This document shows positions 54,010-64,000 of a stretch of 64,000 nucleotides of DNA, one piece after another. This DNA comes from the human T2T-CHM13v2.0 reference genome, Homo sapiens. The translations under genes were made by a program, and so were the position numbers. The stretch is taken from NCBI RefSeq assembly GCF_009914755.1, contig NC_060935.1; one strand, 5' to 3'. Each line of letters begins with the position of its first letter. Position 1 is the first letter of the stretch. The notes beneath the pieces were generated by a model. The model was not told the DNA's origin. It saw only the letters and a program-made list of their open reading frames with translations, and made no database searches.

Positions 54010-54300
54010 CACTTTTTAATAAAAACCTTACTGACGTATAACTGCAGACAGAAAAGTACATAAATCATAAATGTAGAGCTGGATGCATCTTCACAAAGTA
54101 AACACACCTCTGTAACCAGCACCCACGTCAAGAGGCAGAGCATGAACAAAGCCCAGAAGCTCTCCTACCCGCTGCAGTCATTTCCTGTCCCCCAGGGTAA
54201 CACCATAAATAAACTGTGCTGGCTTCAAATCCTGTGTCAGTGGAGCCCTAACAGTATGCACTCCTTTGTGTCTTCCCTCTCTTATTCAGTGTTAGGTTAC
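54010..54300 (-). mobile_element. old L1M 3' UTR fragment, reverse orientation
   Basis: cagaaaagtacataaatcataaatgtagagctggatg...cacaaagtaaacacacctctgtaaccagcaccc. Confidence 0.65.
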
Positions 54301-54441
54301 AAGATAATGATTTAATTCAAAACACTGCCATGTGCTCAGCACCATACCAGACATTGTCAAGAATACAAGGAAAATGAAGGAAAAATTCTCTGATCTTAAG
54401 GAGAAGGCTCCACTACACATATATTGTTTGATAGAAATTCA

Positions 54442-54746
<305 letters not shown>

Positions 54747-54912
54747 ATTCAGCACTTATTTATATTATTTTGTAAAACCTTAGAACTAATCTACTAGAGT
54801 TCCACTGAAAGCCACTTCAGTGATCCCGACTCTGCTGGAAAGAGGATGGGATTGTAGAGTTTGATCACATGTGACAGTGGGTGGCTGGGGATATGGACAG
54901 AAGGGGCCTGGG

Positions 54913-55212
54913 GGCCAGACGCAGTGGCTCACACCTGTAACCCCAGCACTTTGGGAGGCCGAGGTGGGAAGATGACATGAGCTCAGGAATTTGAGACCAG
55001 CCTAGCCAACATGGCAAAGCCTCACCTCTACCAAAAATACAAAAAAATTGCTAGGCGTTGTGGTGCACACCTATAATCTCAGCTACTCAGGAGGCTGAGG
55101 CAGGAGAATCACTTGAGCCCAGGAGGTGGAGGTTGCAGTGAGCCGAGATCATGCCACTGTACTCCATCCTGGGCGACAGAGTGAGACTCTGCCTCAAAAA
55201 AAAAAAAAAAAA
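54913..55212 (+). mobile_element. Alu (S/J-like)
   Basis: Full dimer with poly(A). Confidence 0.95.
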
Positions 55213-56014
55213 TTGGTGTGGGAACTCCTGCTGAGGGCCAAGCAATTTCAATAAAGCCTTTGGCCATGTGTTAGCTTCAAAGGTACAGCACTGGGGTCAC
55301 CCAGGGGACCTCTCTGGCATTTGAAAAGACTCACTTAAGTGCACAGCAAGGTAAACACTGTGTTGGGAGAAAACTAGGCCATGAAAAAGAAGGCTTTCTG
55401 AAAACAGGAGGCGGGTGCCTGCCAAATGGTAGGGGTACAGGACTGAGCCGTGGGGCAAGGGGAAAAGAGCAGTTCTCCTTTCTTACTCCCAATTCTTTAG
55501 GTTGGGCGAAAGGAGGACTTTCTATGAAAGGTCCCAGAAGTGGGCTGAGTGGCAGCCTGTGCAGACAAGGGTGATGAGGAAATTCAGAGGCAGGAACCCA
55601 TGGGTCTGGCCGCCGCTCACTAATAGATTCAGAAGTAATGGTGAAGGAGAAACCATCATTCTCGCTTTGCCTCCCTGGCTCTTTCTCCTTGCTCAAGCTG
55701 CCAGGTCACTGCCTAATAATCAAGCTTCTAGAGGTAGGCTGATGACAGAGAGGTCCCAGGTGACCTGCCAGGCCAGGAGTGGGCGGCGTAGTAAAACTGA
55801 ATTCCTTGCATACCTGGAAGGGCTGCACATTAAGAGTGAGGCACTGTCTAAGAAGGCAGGATAAAGGGTCCAGAGTGTATATTTCAGAAAAGCAAAGAAC
55901 TGTGACTTGAAAACAGCTGGAAGCATGAGAGGTAATGAATGGCCGAGGGCTGCCTAGGGACACTTCCTCTGAATTGTTGGAAAAAGCAGAAAATAAAAGA
56001 CAAAGGGCTGCAAA

Positions 56015-56391
56015 GCACTGTCTAATAAAACCAAATTGTGAAGTAGCTATATGTTTGCTTCTTTATTAATTCATTAAATAACAGAGTCTAGCAGGAGATT
56101 TAATAAGTACCATAATTTAGAATGAGAGATGAGTGTAAATCTAATGTGAACCATCTGCAACAGCTGTAATGTGCTACCAAGCTATCTGTGATTTCCCTTG
56201 GGGACAAAGTCACAGGTATGGATGATACGCTATGGTTTTTGCTGCTATTCCTAATTACAGAAAATACTGCTTCAGTTAGAGGTAAGTGAAAATAATGATG
56301 TCATTTTTTTCCTATCCAAGACCACAAACCTTTTAATGCTATCTACAGACCCTTTGGTGGGAGGTTTGTGGACCCAGATTAAGAACCCCTG
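56015..56391. mobile_element. Charlie-type hAT DNA transposon fragment (Charlie4-like end)
   Basis: gacaaagtcacaggta...ttcagttagaggtaagtgaaaataatgatgtcattttttt...gtggacccagattaagaacccctg terminal sequence. Confidence 0.6.
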
Positions 56392-56393
56392 GG

Positions 56394-56688
56394 GGCAAAG
56401 CACAGTGGTTCATGCCTGTAACCCTAACAGTTTGAGAGGCTGAGGCAGGCAAATTGCTTGAACCCAGGAGTTTGAGACCAGCCTAGGCAACATGGTGAGC
56501 TTTGTCTCTACAAAACATAAAAAAAATTAGTCAGGCGTGGTGGCACGTGCCTGTATTCCCAGCTACATGGGAGGCTGAGGTGGGAGGATCACCTGAGCCC
56601 AGGAAGTCAAGACTTCAGTGAGCCGTGATCACACCACTGCACTCCAGCCTGTGTGATGGAGTCAGACCTTATGTAAAAAATAAACAAA
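56394..56688 (+). mobile_element. AluJ-like
   Basis: Diverged dimer, ggaggatcacctgagcccagg. Confidence 0.92.
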
Positions 56689-59419
56689 ACTCCTGGGAAA
56701 ACTCCAAATTTCTTTTCAAAATCACTACAAACTTCAACTTCATCCAGCCATTCAGGGTCAGAAATCAGATTTCTAGGAATAGCCTCCAAACCCAAAGAAT
56801 TTTTTCAGCAGCCAAAACTAGTGAGTTACAGAGACACTGGCTATTAGGCCTTGGACACCTCTGTTGTGATTACAGTCATCTAGACCCCTATTTTCCAGCC
56901 TCCATACCTTCTTTCCTCAAGGAACATCCTCAGAGAGCTTCCCTGGCTCTTGTCCTACTTGTCAATAGGTGCCATGTACATCACCCTCCTGTCATCTGTC
57001 ACCGCTAATGGTTGCCACCCTCTTTACTTGCTTTGAAATGTCAATTGGTTGTCTTTTCTCTATTTACTTCATCTGGGCCAGTGGCTGAATGAATCTGAGA
57101 ACAACAGCAACCAAGTCATTGTGAGATCTCAGCTTCAACACATTCACACCCATAGATTCAGCCCCAAGTTGTCCACATCTTTGTCACTGAGGGAACCAGG
57201 TAAGGGAATGTGGATGGGCAGGTATCATGTATCAACAAATATTTATTGTGCCCCTATTGAGCTTGCACATGGTTACAAAGACATGGTGCATGCACCAGTA
57301 TTTGAAGATGATAATCCCCATTGGATGACCCCTGAGATGACTTTATTCATCTACAATTTCTTATTGGACACCTACTACTTTCCAGGCACTGAGAGGGTGC
57401 TGGGAATAAATATTATACACCAGTAAGTGAATATGAAAGATTGCATCCTAATGTAAAGAGTGCCATAAAAGGATTTGTTAGAAACAATATGGGAGAGAAT
57501 AACAGGAAGAGGGTGTTTTGTTTTATGTGTCAGTAGGCAAAATCCTCCCTGAGACTTTAAATGGAAAAAGACCTGAAGGATGAGAAGGAGCCATTTGTAT
57601 GAAAGGCCAGAGAAAAATGAAGGGGCAGAAAAGGGCTTGGTGTTTTAAAAGAATGATCGTAAATCCAGGGAAGCCAAGACTGCTGATGAAGAAAGAAACT
57701 GGCATGAGCTTGGCTGGAGAGGCAGGCACCTTCCATGTTAAAGCAGGTGAGTGGGTGGAGAGGAGTGGCTAATAGTGTGGCCACCAGAATCAGACAAGCT
57801 CAGCTAGAGTCTGGCTCTAAAACTTCTCTAGCTGTGCAGCTCTAGGCAAGTCAGTTACCTTCTCTAAGCCTCAGTTTCCTCATCTTTAAGTTAGGATCAT
57901 TCTATGGCTCCCTCACTGGGTCAAGAAACACATTAATTAGTGTACTCTGAACAGTGCGCCTGGCACACAGTGTATGCTATGTCATGGTTTGCTATGACCT
58001 CTTCCAAGCTCAGTGAGAAGTTGTGGAGGATTTGAAGCAGGGGAGAGACACAACCTGGTTTTTCTTTAACAGATGATCAGCCGTTCTGTGGGCTACTGGT
58101 CATCAATAAGACAAAGAGTTGGAAGAGACCCTAGAGGTCATTTACACCAACTAGTTTCCCAGTGGTTCTCTCTAGGAAGGGGAGGGGGCGGTGCCTGGAG
58201 AGACATCACTGAAAGGCAGAAGAGTGGCTGTTCCTCAAGTGTGTTGGGCAGGAAAGAAGGTTGAGAGGCGGCCGACCACGACTTGTGGAGAAGGACTCCC
58301 AACACCTGGCCAGTGGAAAGCCCACTATTCCCCTTTTCCAGATCGTCCCAAGTCCCACATTCTGCTGTGCAGCCGGCTCCTATTTAGCCACTGTCAATGT
58401 CACTGTTCTTGGATTATAAGTGCCTCAAGGACAGCAGCCATTTCCTTTCCACTCTCACTGTACAGTGACTGACACAGGCCCCACACAACTGGGTCCTCTG
58501 AGCTTTTAAATTATTGATTGGAAAAAGGAAGATGGAGTCACAGCATTTTAGTGCCACTCCTGGAACCATACAGTCTATAAGGGATCTAGAGGGCCTTTAG
58601 GAGGTCCTTTAAGTCATGCCCCTGCCCCAGGGCCATCCTTCCTCAAATCACTCTAGCAGGACTCTTTGCCTCCTGGTTCTCCAGAGAACATTCTGCATTC
58701 TGTACTTTGGAAATGCATCCTGGAGGTCACAGCCTATGCAGGGAAATCCTTCCAAACTGCTTCCCCAGACCCCTTCTGCTGCTCTTTACAATGGGAGCAC
58801 GGGCTATTTCCTGCACGAAGGGGCTCTGGCCATGAGCAAATGCATGGGATAAAAGCCCTCCTGTCTCCAGGGACGTCTGCAGAGACATCTTGGGGGAGGC
58901 CATACCAACCCCCTCTGACTGGCTGGAGCTCAGAGCTGCTAGGGGGTGGGGAAGAGTCCTTCAGGTTCCTCCCGGATTCAGCTCTCTAGACCCCGCTAGC
59001 TAGCTTCCCAGCTCCTGCGGGACCGCGGCCACCTCCCCTCTGGCTTTGCAGGCATTACCTCTTCTCAGCTCTGGCAGGACTTGCCCTACCCTGGCTCCAC
59101 AACCACCACCCATCTCCCTCTCACAGACCCCAGTCTTCTTCCCAATTCTGCAAACTCCTCATTCTCTGGTACCTCTCAGGGTCTTCCCTAACCCTGGCGA
59201 TTCCCCTCCCAGCCTCCCTCTCCTCTTACCCTTCCCAGCCCTAATTCTTATCCAGGTCCCCTTTCCTGTCCCCTCCCTTTAGGTCTCGCTGCTGGCCCCC
59301 ATTCTTCTCTCAGTCCCCACAAGCTCGCCGCTCCCTAATTCTCCTTCAGGTCTCGTCTCCCCCATCCCCTAGCCTCCCCCATCCCCCTACCTTTTTGACT
59401 CCTTGACCTGTCCTCCAAC

Positions 59420-59985
59420 GCGTCTGCTGTCCCCTCCCCGCCAAGCTTTGTCGCGCAAAGATCCACGACCGCCTCCCACCCCAGTTCCCCCTCTGCAGCT
59501 GCCCGGCAACCCCGCCTTGCCCGGGAAGGGCCTGCGCGCCGCCCCCGCTCACCTGTTGTGCAGACCCGAGCAAGCTGGGCTTCGCCTTCTCCAGGTCGGG
59601 GTCCTGGTCCCGCGGCAGCAGCCCCTTCTTGGGGTGCATGTGCCGACACAGGCAGGTGACCCCGCACAACGCGAGGATGCTGGTGGCTGTGCCCAGCGTG
59701 GCGCCCAGCGCGATCACAGGCACCGACAGCACCATGGTGCCCGCTCCCGGCGAGGGGCTGGGTCCCGCAGCCGCTCACCTTCCCCGGGCCGGGCCCGCCT
59801 CCAGGCAGCTCCCGGGATCCGGGCGAGCCAGCAGCTCTCCCGCCGCCAGAGGGGCGGGGACGGAGGGAGGGAGGACGGCTGCGAGGACGTCAGAGGAGGC
59901 TGGACCCGCAGCCACGTCAACCGGCAACCCCCTCCCCGCCAACACGTGACCGGACCCCCACCCCAACAGGAGCCGGAGCCTTCCA
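59420..59985 (-). promoter_or_regulatory. SYT13: SYT13 CpG-island promoter and 5' UTR
   Basis: Dense CpG. GC boxes at 59851-59859 and 59934-59940, CRE-like ACGTCA at 59887 and 59914, E-box CACGTGAC at 59943-59950, X-box-like GTCAACCGGCAAC at 59916-59928. No TATA box seen. Confidence 0.85.
59553..59735 (-). CDS. SYT13: SYT13 exon 1 coding part (N-terminal transmembrane anchor)
   Basis: Strong Kozak ggcaccATGG; MVLSVPVIALGATLGTATSILALCGVTCLCRHMHPKKG...SAQQ; donor CAG|GTGAGC; 183 nt. Exon phases join to give 426 aa. Confidence 0.97.
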
Positions 59986-60939
59986 GGTGGAAGGAGCCTT
60001 GGGGTTGTTTCAGGCCATTCTTAATGCTTTGTGTACAACAGGGGACAACTGGGCCCAAGAAGTGCTGGAGCTTGCGGAGGTCACACTGTGTTAGAGGACA
60101 AACCTGGGCTCCAACCAGATCTGCGACTCTAGGAGTCACTTTCCCAGACTACTAGCTCCTTGCTCACCCTTCTACCCCAGCAGCTGGCCAAGCTGGCTGT
60201 AAAATTGGGTCTTCCGGGAGCTTTTTCAAACACAAAGCTGGAGATTTCCCAGCTCCCCAACCTGGGAGATGGTTCTTACAGGGAAGAGGAACAGGCCACA
60301 GGTAGAGGGAACAGATGGGATGTTTGGGTTGAGGCTGTACCTGTGTCCTGCTGAAGATGGACAATACAGCTGCATCCCCTTAAGGGTTGCCCAAGAGTTC
60401 ACCTTTATTACCTAATCAGCAGGTATTCGCACCTTTATATATAGTTGAGGAAGCCGAGGCTCAGAAGAGAGGTGCACAGGTAGAAAAATCATCACCCTGA
60501 ACCCAAGCTTATGTTTGCAGATTCCAAGTCCACACTCAAACGGACTTGTCTTAGGAGGATAAAGAAGATAAAATGCAGCAGCTAGGAGTACACACTTGAT
60601 TCAGAGAGGGTGAGCATAAAACTATGCTTAGAACAAGGGGAAATTAGAATTCCGGGCATGAGGACTGTCTTAGCTCAAGAAAACAGTGGCTTTTTAGTGT
60701 TCTTCATTATATGGAGTGTTGAATTTAATTCAGCAGATATTTGCTGTGGGTTGGCTGTGCTCTAGGTGTGCTGGGCATGTGTGAAAAGGGATGTAGGTGA
60801 TTTCATCCACAACAGAGCTTTCACATTTCTATGAGCCATTGTCTCCTAAATCTATAGCCTCTCCAGCCAGACCTTTTCCTCTGAGCTGTAGCTGTGACCA
60901 CCACCTGGGAACCCACCCGTCCTCCAGTTTTTCAGCTAT

Positions 60940-61330
60940 CTACACTTGCATAAAAACCCACCGATGACTTACTGGCTTAGACCAGTTATTGTGTTACTTG
61001 TCATGATTTCATGGGTTGGCTGGGCTCAGTTGGGTGGTTTTCCTGCTCAACATGTTGTCTTCTGGGACTGCAGTCATCTAGGGGTTCAGCTGGACTGGGA
61101 CATCAGCTCTCCAGACACCATTGCAGATGGTGCAATGGTGAACTCACATGGTGAGCAGTAGGTGCTGGCTGCCACTGGAATCACAATGGGGCTGTCAGCT
61201 GGTGCATTTTGGTTGTCCTCTATGTCACCTCTCCATGGTGCTGGAGCTGCTCACAGCATGCTGGCTGGATTCTAAGAGGAATGAAGCAGAAGCTGCCAGT
61301 TGTCTTAAGGCCTGGGTTCAGAAATTCTAG
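60940..61330. mobile_element. MLT1-type MaLR LTR fragment
   Basis: ggctgggctcagttgggtggtttt...ctgcagtcatc...ctctccatggtgctggagctgctcacagcatg...gcagaagctgccag. Confidence 0.7.
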
Positions 61331-62954
61331 AACACTATTTGATCAAAACAATAGTCTCCCTCTAGTTCTTTCCTTCAGTGACATCAAAAGGAGGTGTCCA
61401 AAATACAAAGCTGATCATGTCACTCACAGCTCTCAAAGGTTCTCCAAGAATAAACCCAAGAGACTCAACCTTTATCCAAATCCCTTTGTGATGTGGTCCC
61501 TGCTAAGCCTTCCAGACTCCTCTCTACACAATTCCCAATGTGCCCCTGAGCCTCAGCCACCCCATGGACTTGGGATTCCTTCAACAAGCTAACATCTTTA
61601 GAGTCTCCATGTTATCACCCATGGGTGCATATAGCAGGCACTCAGTAACCGTGGAATAATTCATATGATCATCTTATGCAGAATTTCCAGTGTTTTGAAG
61701 GAATCCCATTTGTGATATGAGCTCCATTTTAGTAAACTGACTTTTCCACAAGTATTTATTGTGTGCCTGCTGTATGCCAGGCACATTTTCCTACTGATCC
61801 CCATTTGCTGCAAACTGTAGAGCTGAAGCACTGCAGTCCCTGGTGACAGCCTTAGCAATCTCTCACATAAGAGCTGCCCTGGGAGGTTTTCTTGGCTCCG
61901 GGCCTGGCAATGCAAAATGTTTTGTGGAAATAGAGGTTTAATTAATGCTGTCAGCTCCAGGTCTCCCATGCTCAAACGGCTGCCCTGGGAGACCATCAAT
62001 GCCACTACTCATAACAGGATCTGGGGTGGGGTTAAAGGGGAAGGATGAAGAACACTTAATATCAGAAAATGTCTGATGGGGAATCAGACACCTGTCACAT
62101 GATCCATTGTTACTATGGTTACTGGGATGACAGCAGCTGCAGTGGCCTTCATTTATAACAGGAAGAGGGACCCCAGCCCAAGAAGAAGAGCTTGCCTTGT
62201 GCCTCTTTCACACACAGTGAACCTATGGCAGAGCTAGGAATAGACCCCAGGGGATCCAAAGCCCAGTTGAGTGATCAGGACTCTGGGCTACCTTTGCTAC
62301 CCAACCAGTCACCCTCATATATCTCATCAAAGATACGATGTTTGCTTCTTGGCTACTGATATGCAGACAGTGGCCTTTAATGACAAACCACAGAAAAAAG
62401 GCATCACTAGGTTCCTTTGAAAAATGAGAGTATGCCTATTGGGAAAGGCAGTTAACTGAGTCAGCTGAGTGGATCAGTTAAGACAGTCTGAGGCTGGGAC
62501 CCACAAATAATTGGAAGTGCTGAGGCCACATTTCTAAGAGCAGACAGAGCAAGATGCTTAGGAGGCATCTACGAGGCTGAGGGATGGATCTTTGAAGGTT
62601 CCCCAGCCTCTTGATGAAATGTTCCCATTGTTATTTTGATCAATATTGTACATGTTAGATGTTTAAATATTCTGAATAATCACTCTGAACTTCTAAGGTA
62701 CTAAAATGCTTTTATCTGGAGAAAAGGATTTCAAATATAGGAGGTTCTCTTATTTAGCAAACATTTGTGGTGTCTACATATGGTGCTATGCAGGAGGGAG
62801 GAAAATATACCAGCGGAATAACTGAATTTTAACATTGCAACGATTTCAGATATCACCTGTGGAATCCTTTTATTTTACCAATAAGGAAAGGGAGATTCAG
62901 AGACATCATGGCTTGCCCAAAGAGTAGGAGTTAATGACAACTGGGATGGTGTTT

Positions 62955-63315
62955 TAGGTCAGGGTAAACTGGATTCTGCTGCAGTAACAAATAACTCAAA
63001 ATGTCAGAGATGAACTCAATAAAAGCGTACATCTCCCTCCTTTCTCAATTGAAGGAGGGTCAGATGACTCATTTGGTCAGCTCTTCTCCAGTTGGTGACT
63101 CAGGAATCTGGGCTGCTTCTGTCTTGTGATTCCTTCACTTCCAGCCATGCAGGGAAGAGAAAGAGACTTGAGGACTACTTGTGGCATTCTAGAGGACATG
63201 GCTGGAAATGGAGGACACAGAGCACCCCATTCCACTGGCCAGAATTTGGTAACAGGACAAATGTAACAGCAAGAGAGGCTGGGAAATGCAGAGGAGAATG
63301 TGGAGATGTGTGAGC
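62955..63315. mobile_element. MLT1K/J-like MaLR LTR fragment
   Basis: tgctgcagtaacaaataactcaaaatgtcag...ttccactggccagaa...aagagaggctgggaaatgcag. Confidence 0.7.
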
Positions 63316-63369
63316 AAAAGTACTCCTGCCACAGAAGCCAGAGCCTTGTCTAGTGTATATTTCTCTAAT

Positions 63370-64000
63370 TTATTCACTCATTCAGCAGATGTGAGTTTCT
63401 ATGACCAGGTACTGTGCCAGGTGATACAGCAAAGAGAGTGAGTAAAACCAGGCATGGTCTCTCTTGCCATGGAAAGTTTATATTCCCATGGGGAAGACGG
63501 GTGCTCATCATTCATCACACGTGTCAAATTACAAATGTGATACAGGCTAAGAAGAAAAGGTGAATGTTAGAGACTTGACTTGTTCAGAAATATCACAGAA
63601 GGCTTCCTGGAAGAAGTAAGAATTGAGCTGAGGTGTTGAAGAATAGAGTTAACTCAGCAAAGAAAGAGGGGAGAGCGTGCCAGGCAGAACAACAGCATGT
63701 TCAGCGGTCCTGTGATGGAACAGCACAGTGGGGATGGAGCAGCGGTGGACTGACCAATCAGCTCTCCAGAAAAAAAAAATAGGATTTTTAGCATTTGTTG
63801 ATTTTTCTGGTATAAAGTAACCCCACCATGGTCGATTTCCAGCTACCAACAAATTCCTGAATATTTCCCATTGGCTCTTGTGAGCTTGGAGGAGCCAGTT
63901 TCAGCACACAACTAGGAGAGTGTGACTGAGCCTGAAGGAAGAAACAGGGACCAGACAACAGGGCTCAGAGGCCATAGTGGAAAGCCATTGCATGTTTTTA
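63370..64000. mobile_element. L2 fragment, apparently interrupted by a short DNA-element relic at ~63785-63912
   Basis: attcactcattcagcagat...caggtactgtgccaggtg...gaaggcttcctggaagaagtaa...caggcagaacaacagcatg. Confidence 0.65.

Noticed and set aside
59713-59742. Possible REST/RE1 site around the SYT13 start codon
   Set aside because: Only half-site matches (CAGCACCATGG or GACAGCACC) in overlapping registers, which are explained by the Kozak and coding sequence; needs ChIP evidence.
59403-60155. 250-aa plus-strand ORF and other ORFs over SYT13 exon 1
   Set aside because: Pro/Arg/Gly-rich product of a stop-poor CpG island; non-ATG start; no domain.

Overview
Human/primate genomic DNA. By recognition it is the chr11p11.2 PRDM11-SYT13 locus; no database search was run. 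Bases 1-1694 (+) are the end of the long terminal coding exon of PRDM11, which encodes a domesticated hAT-superfamily (ZNF862-like) transposase domain, followed by a ~6.9-kb 3' UTR with AATAAA at 8606. Convergent on the - strand is the complete six-exon SYT13 gene: ATG at 59735, stop at 17577, 1281 nt = 426 aa, all introns GT-AG, a ~3.75-kb 3' UTR, a 30-kb intron 1 and a CpG-island promoter. The rest is intronic or intergenic DNA with 11 Alus, L1, L2, MIR, MaLR and hAT-MITE relics. The most interesting observations are: (1) the PRDM11 transposase domain keeps all three predicted D-D-E residues but has degenerate CxxH and ERxFS motifs; (2) SYT13 intron 5 holds a mosaic of locally copied fragments, including a ~120-bp inverted repeat that could fold the pre-mRNA next to the last 3' splice site; (3) a ~210-bp local copy is inserted into an L2 tail; (4) three L1PA 3' ends share variants in a mosaic pattern; (5) all Alus have the same orientation; (6) several RFX X-boxes. 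Repeat boundaries and subfamilies were read by eye and are approximate.
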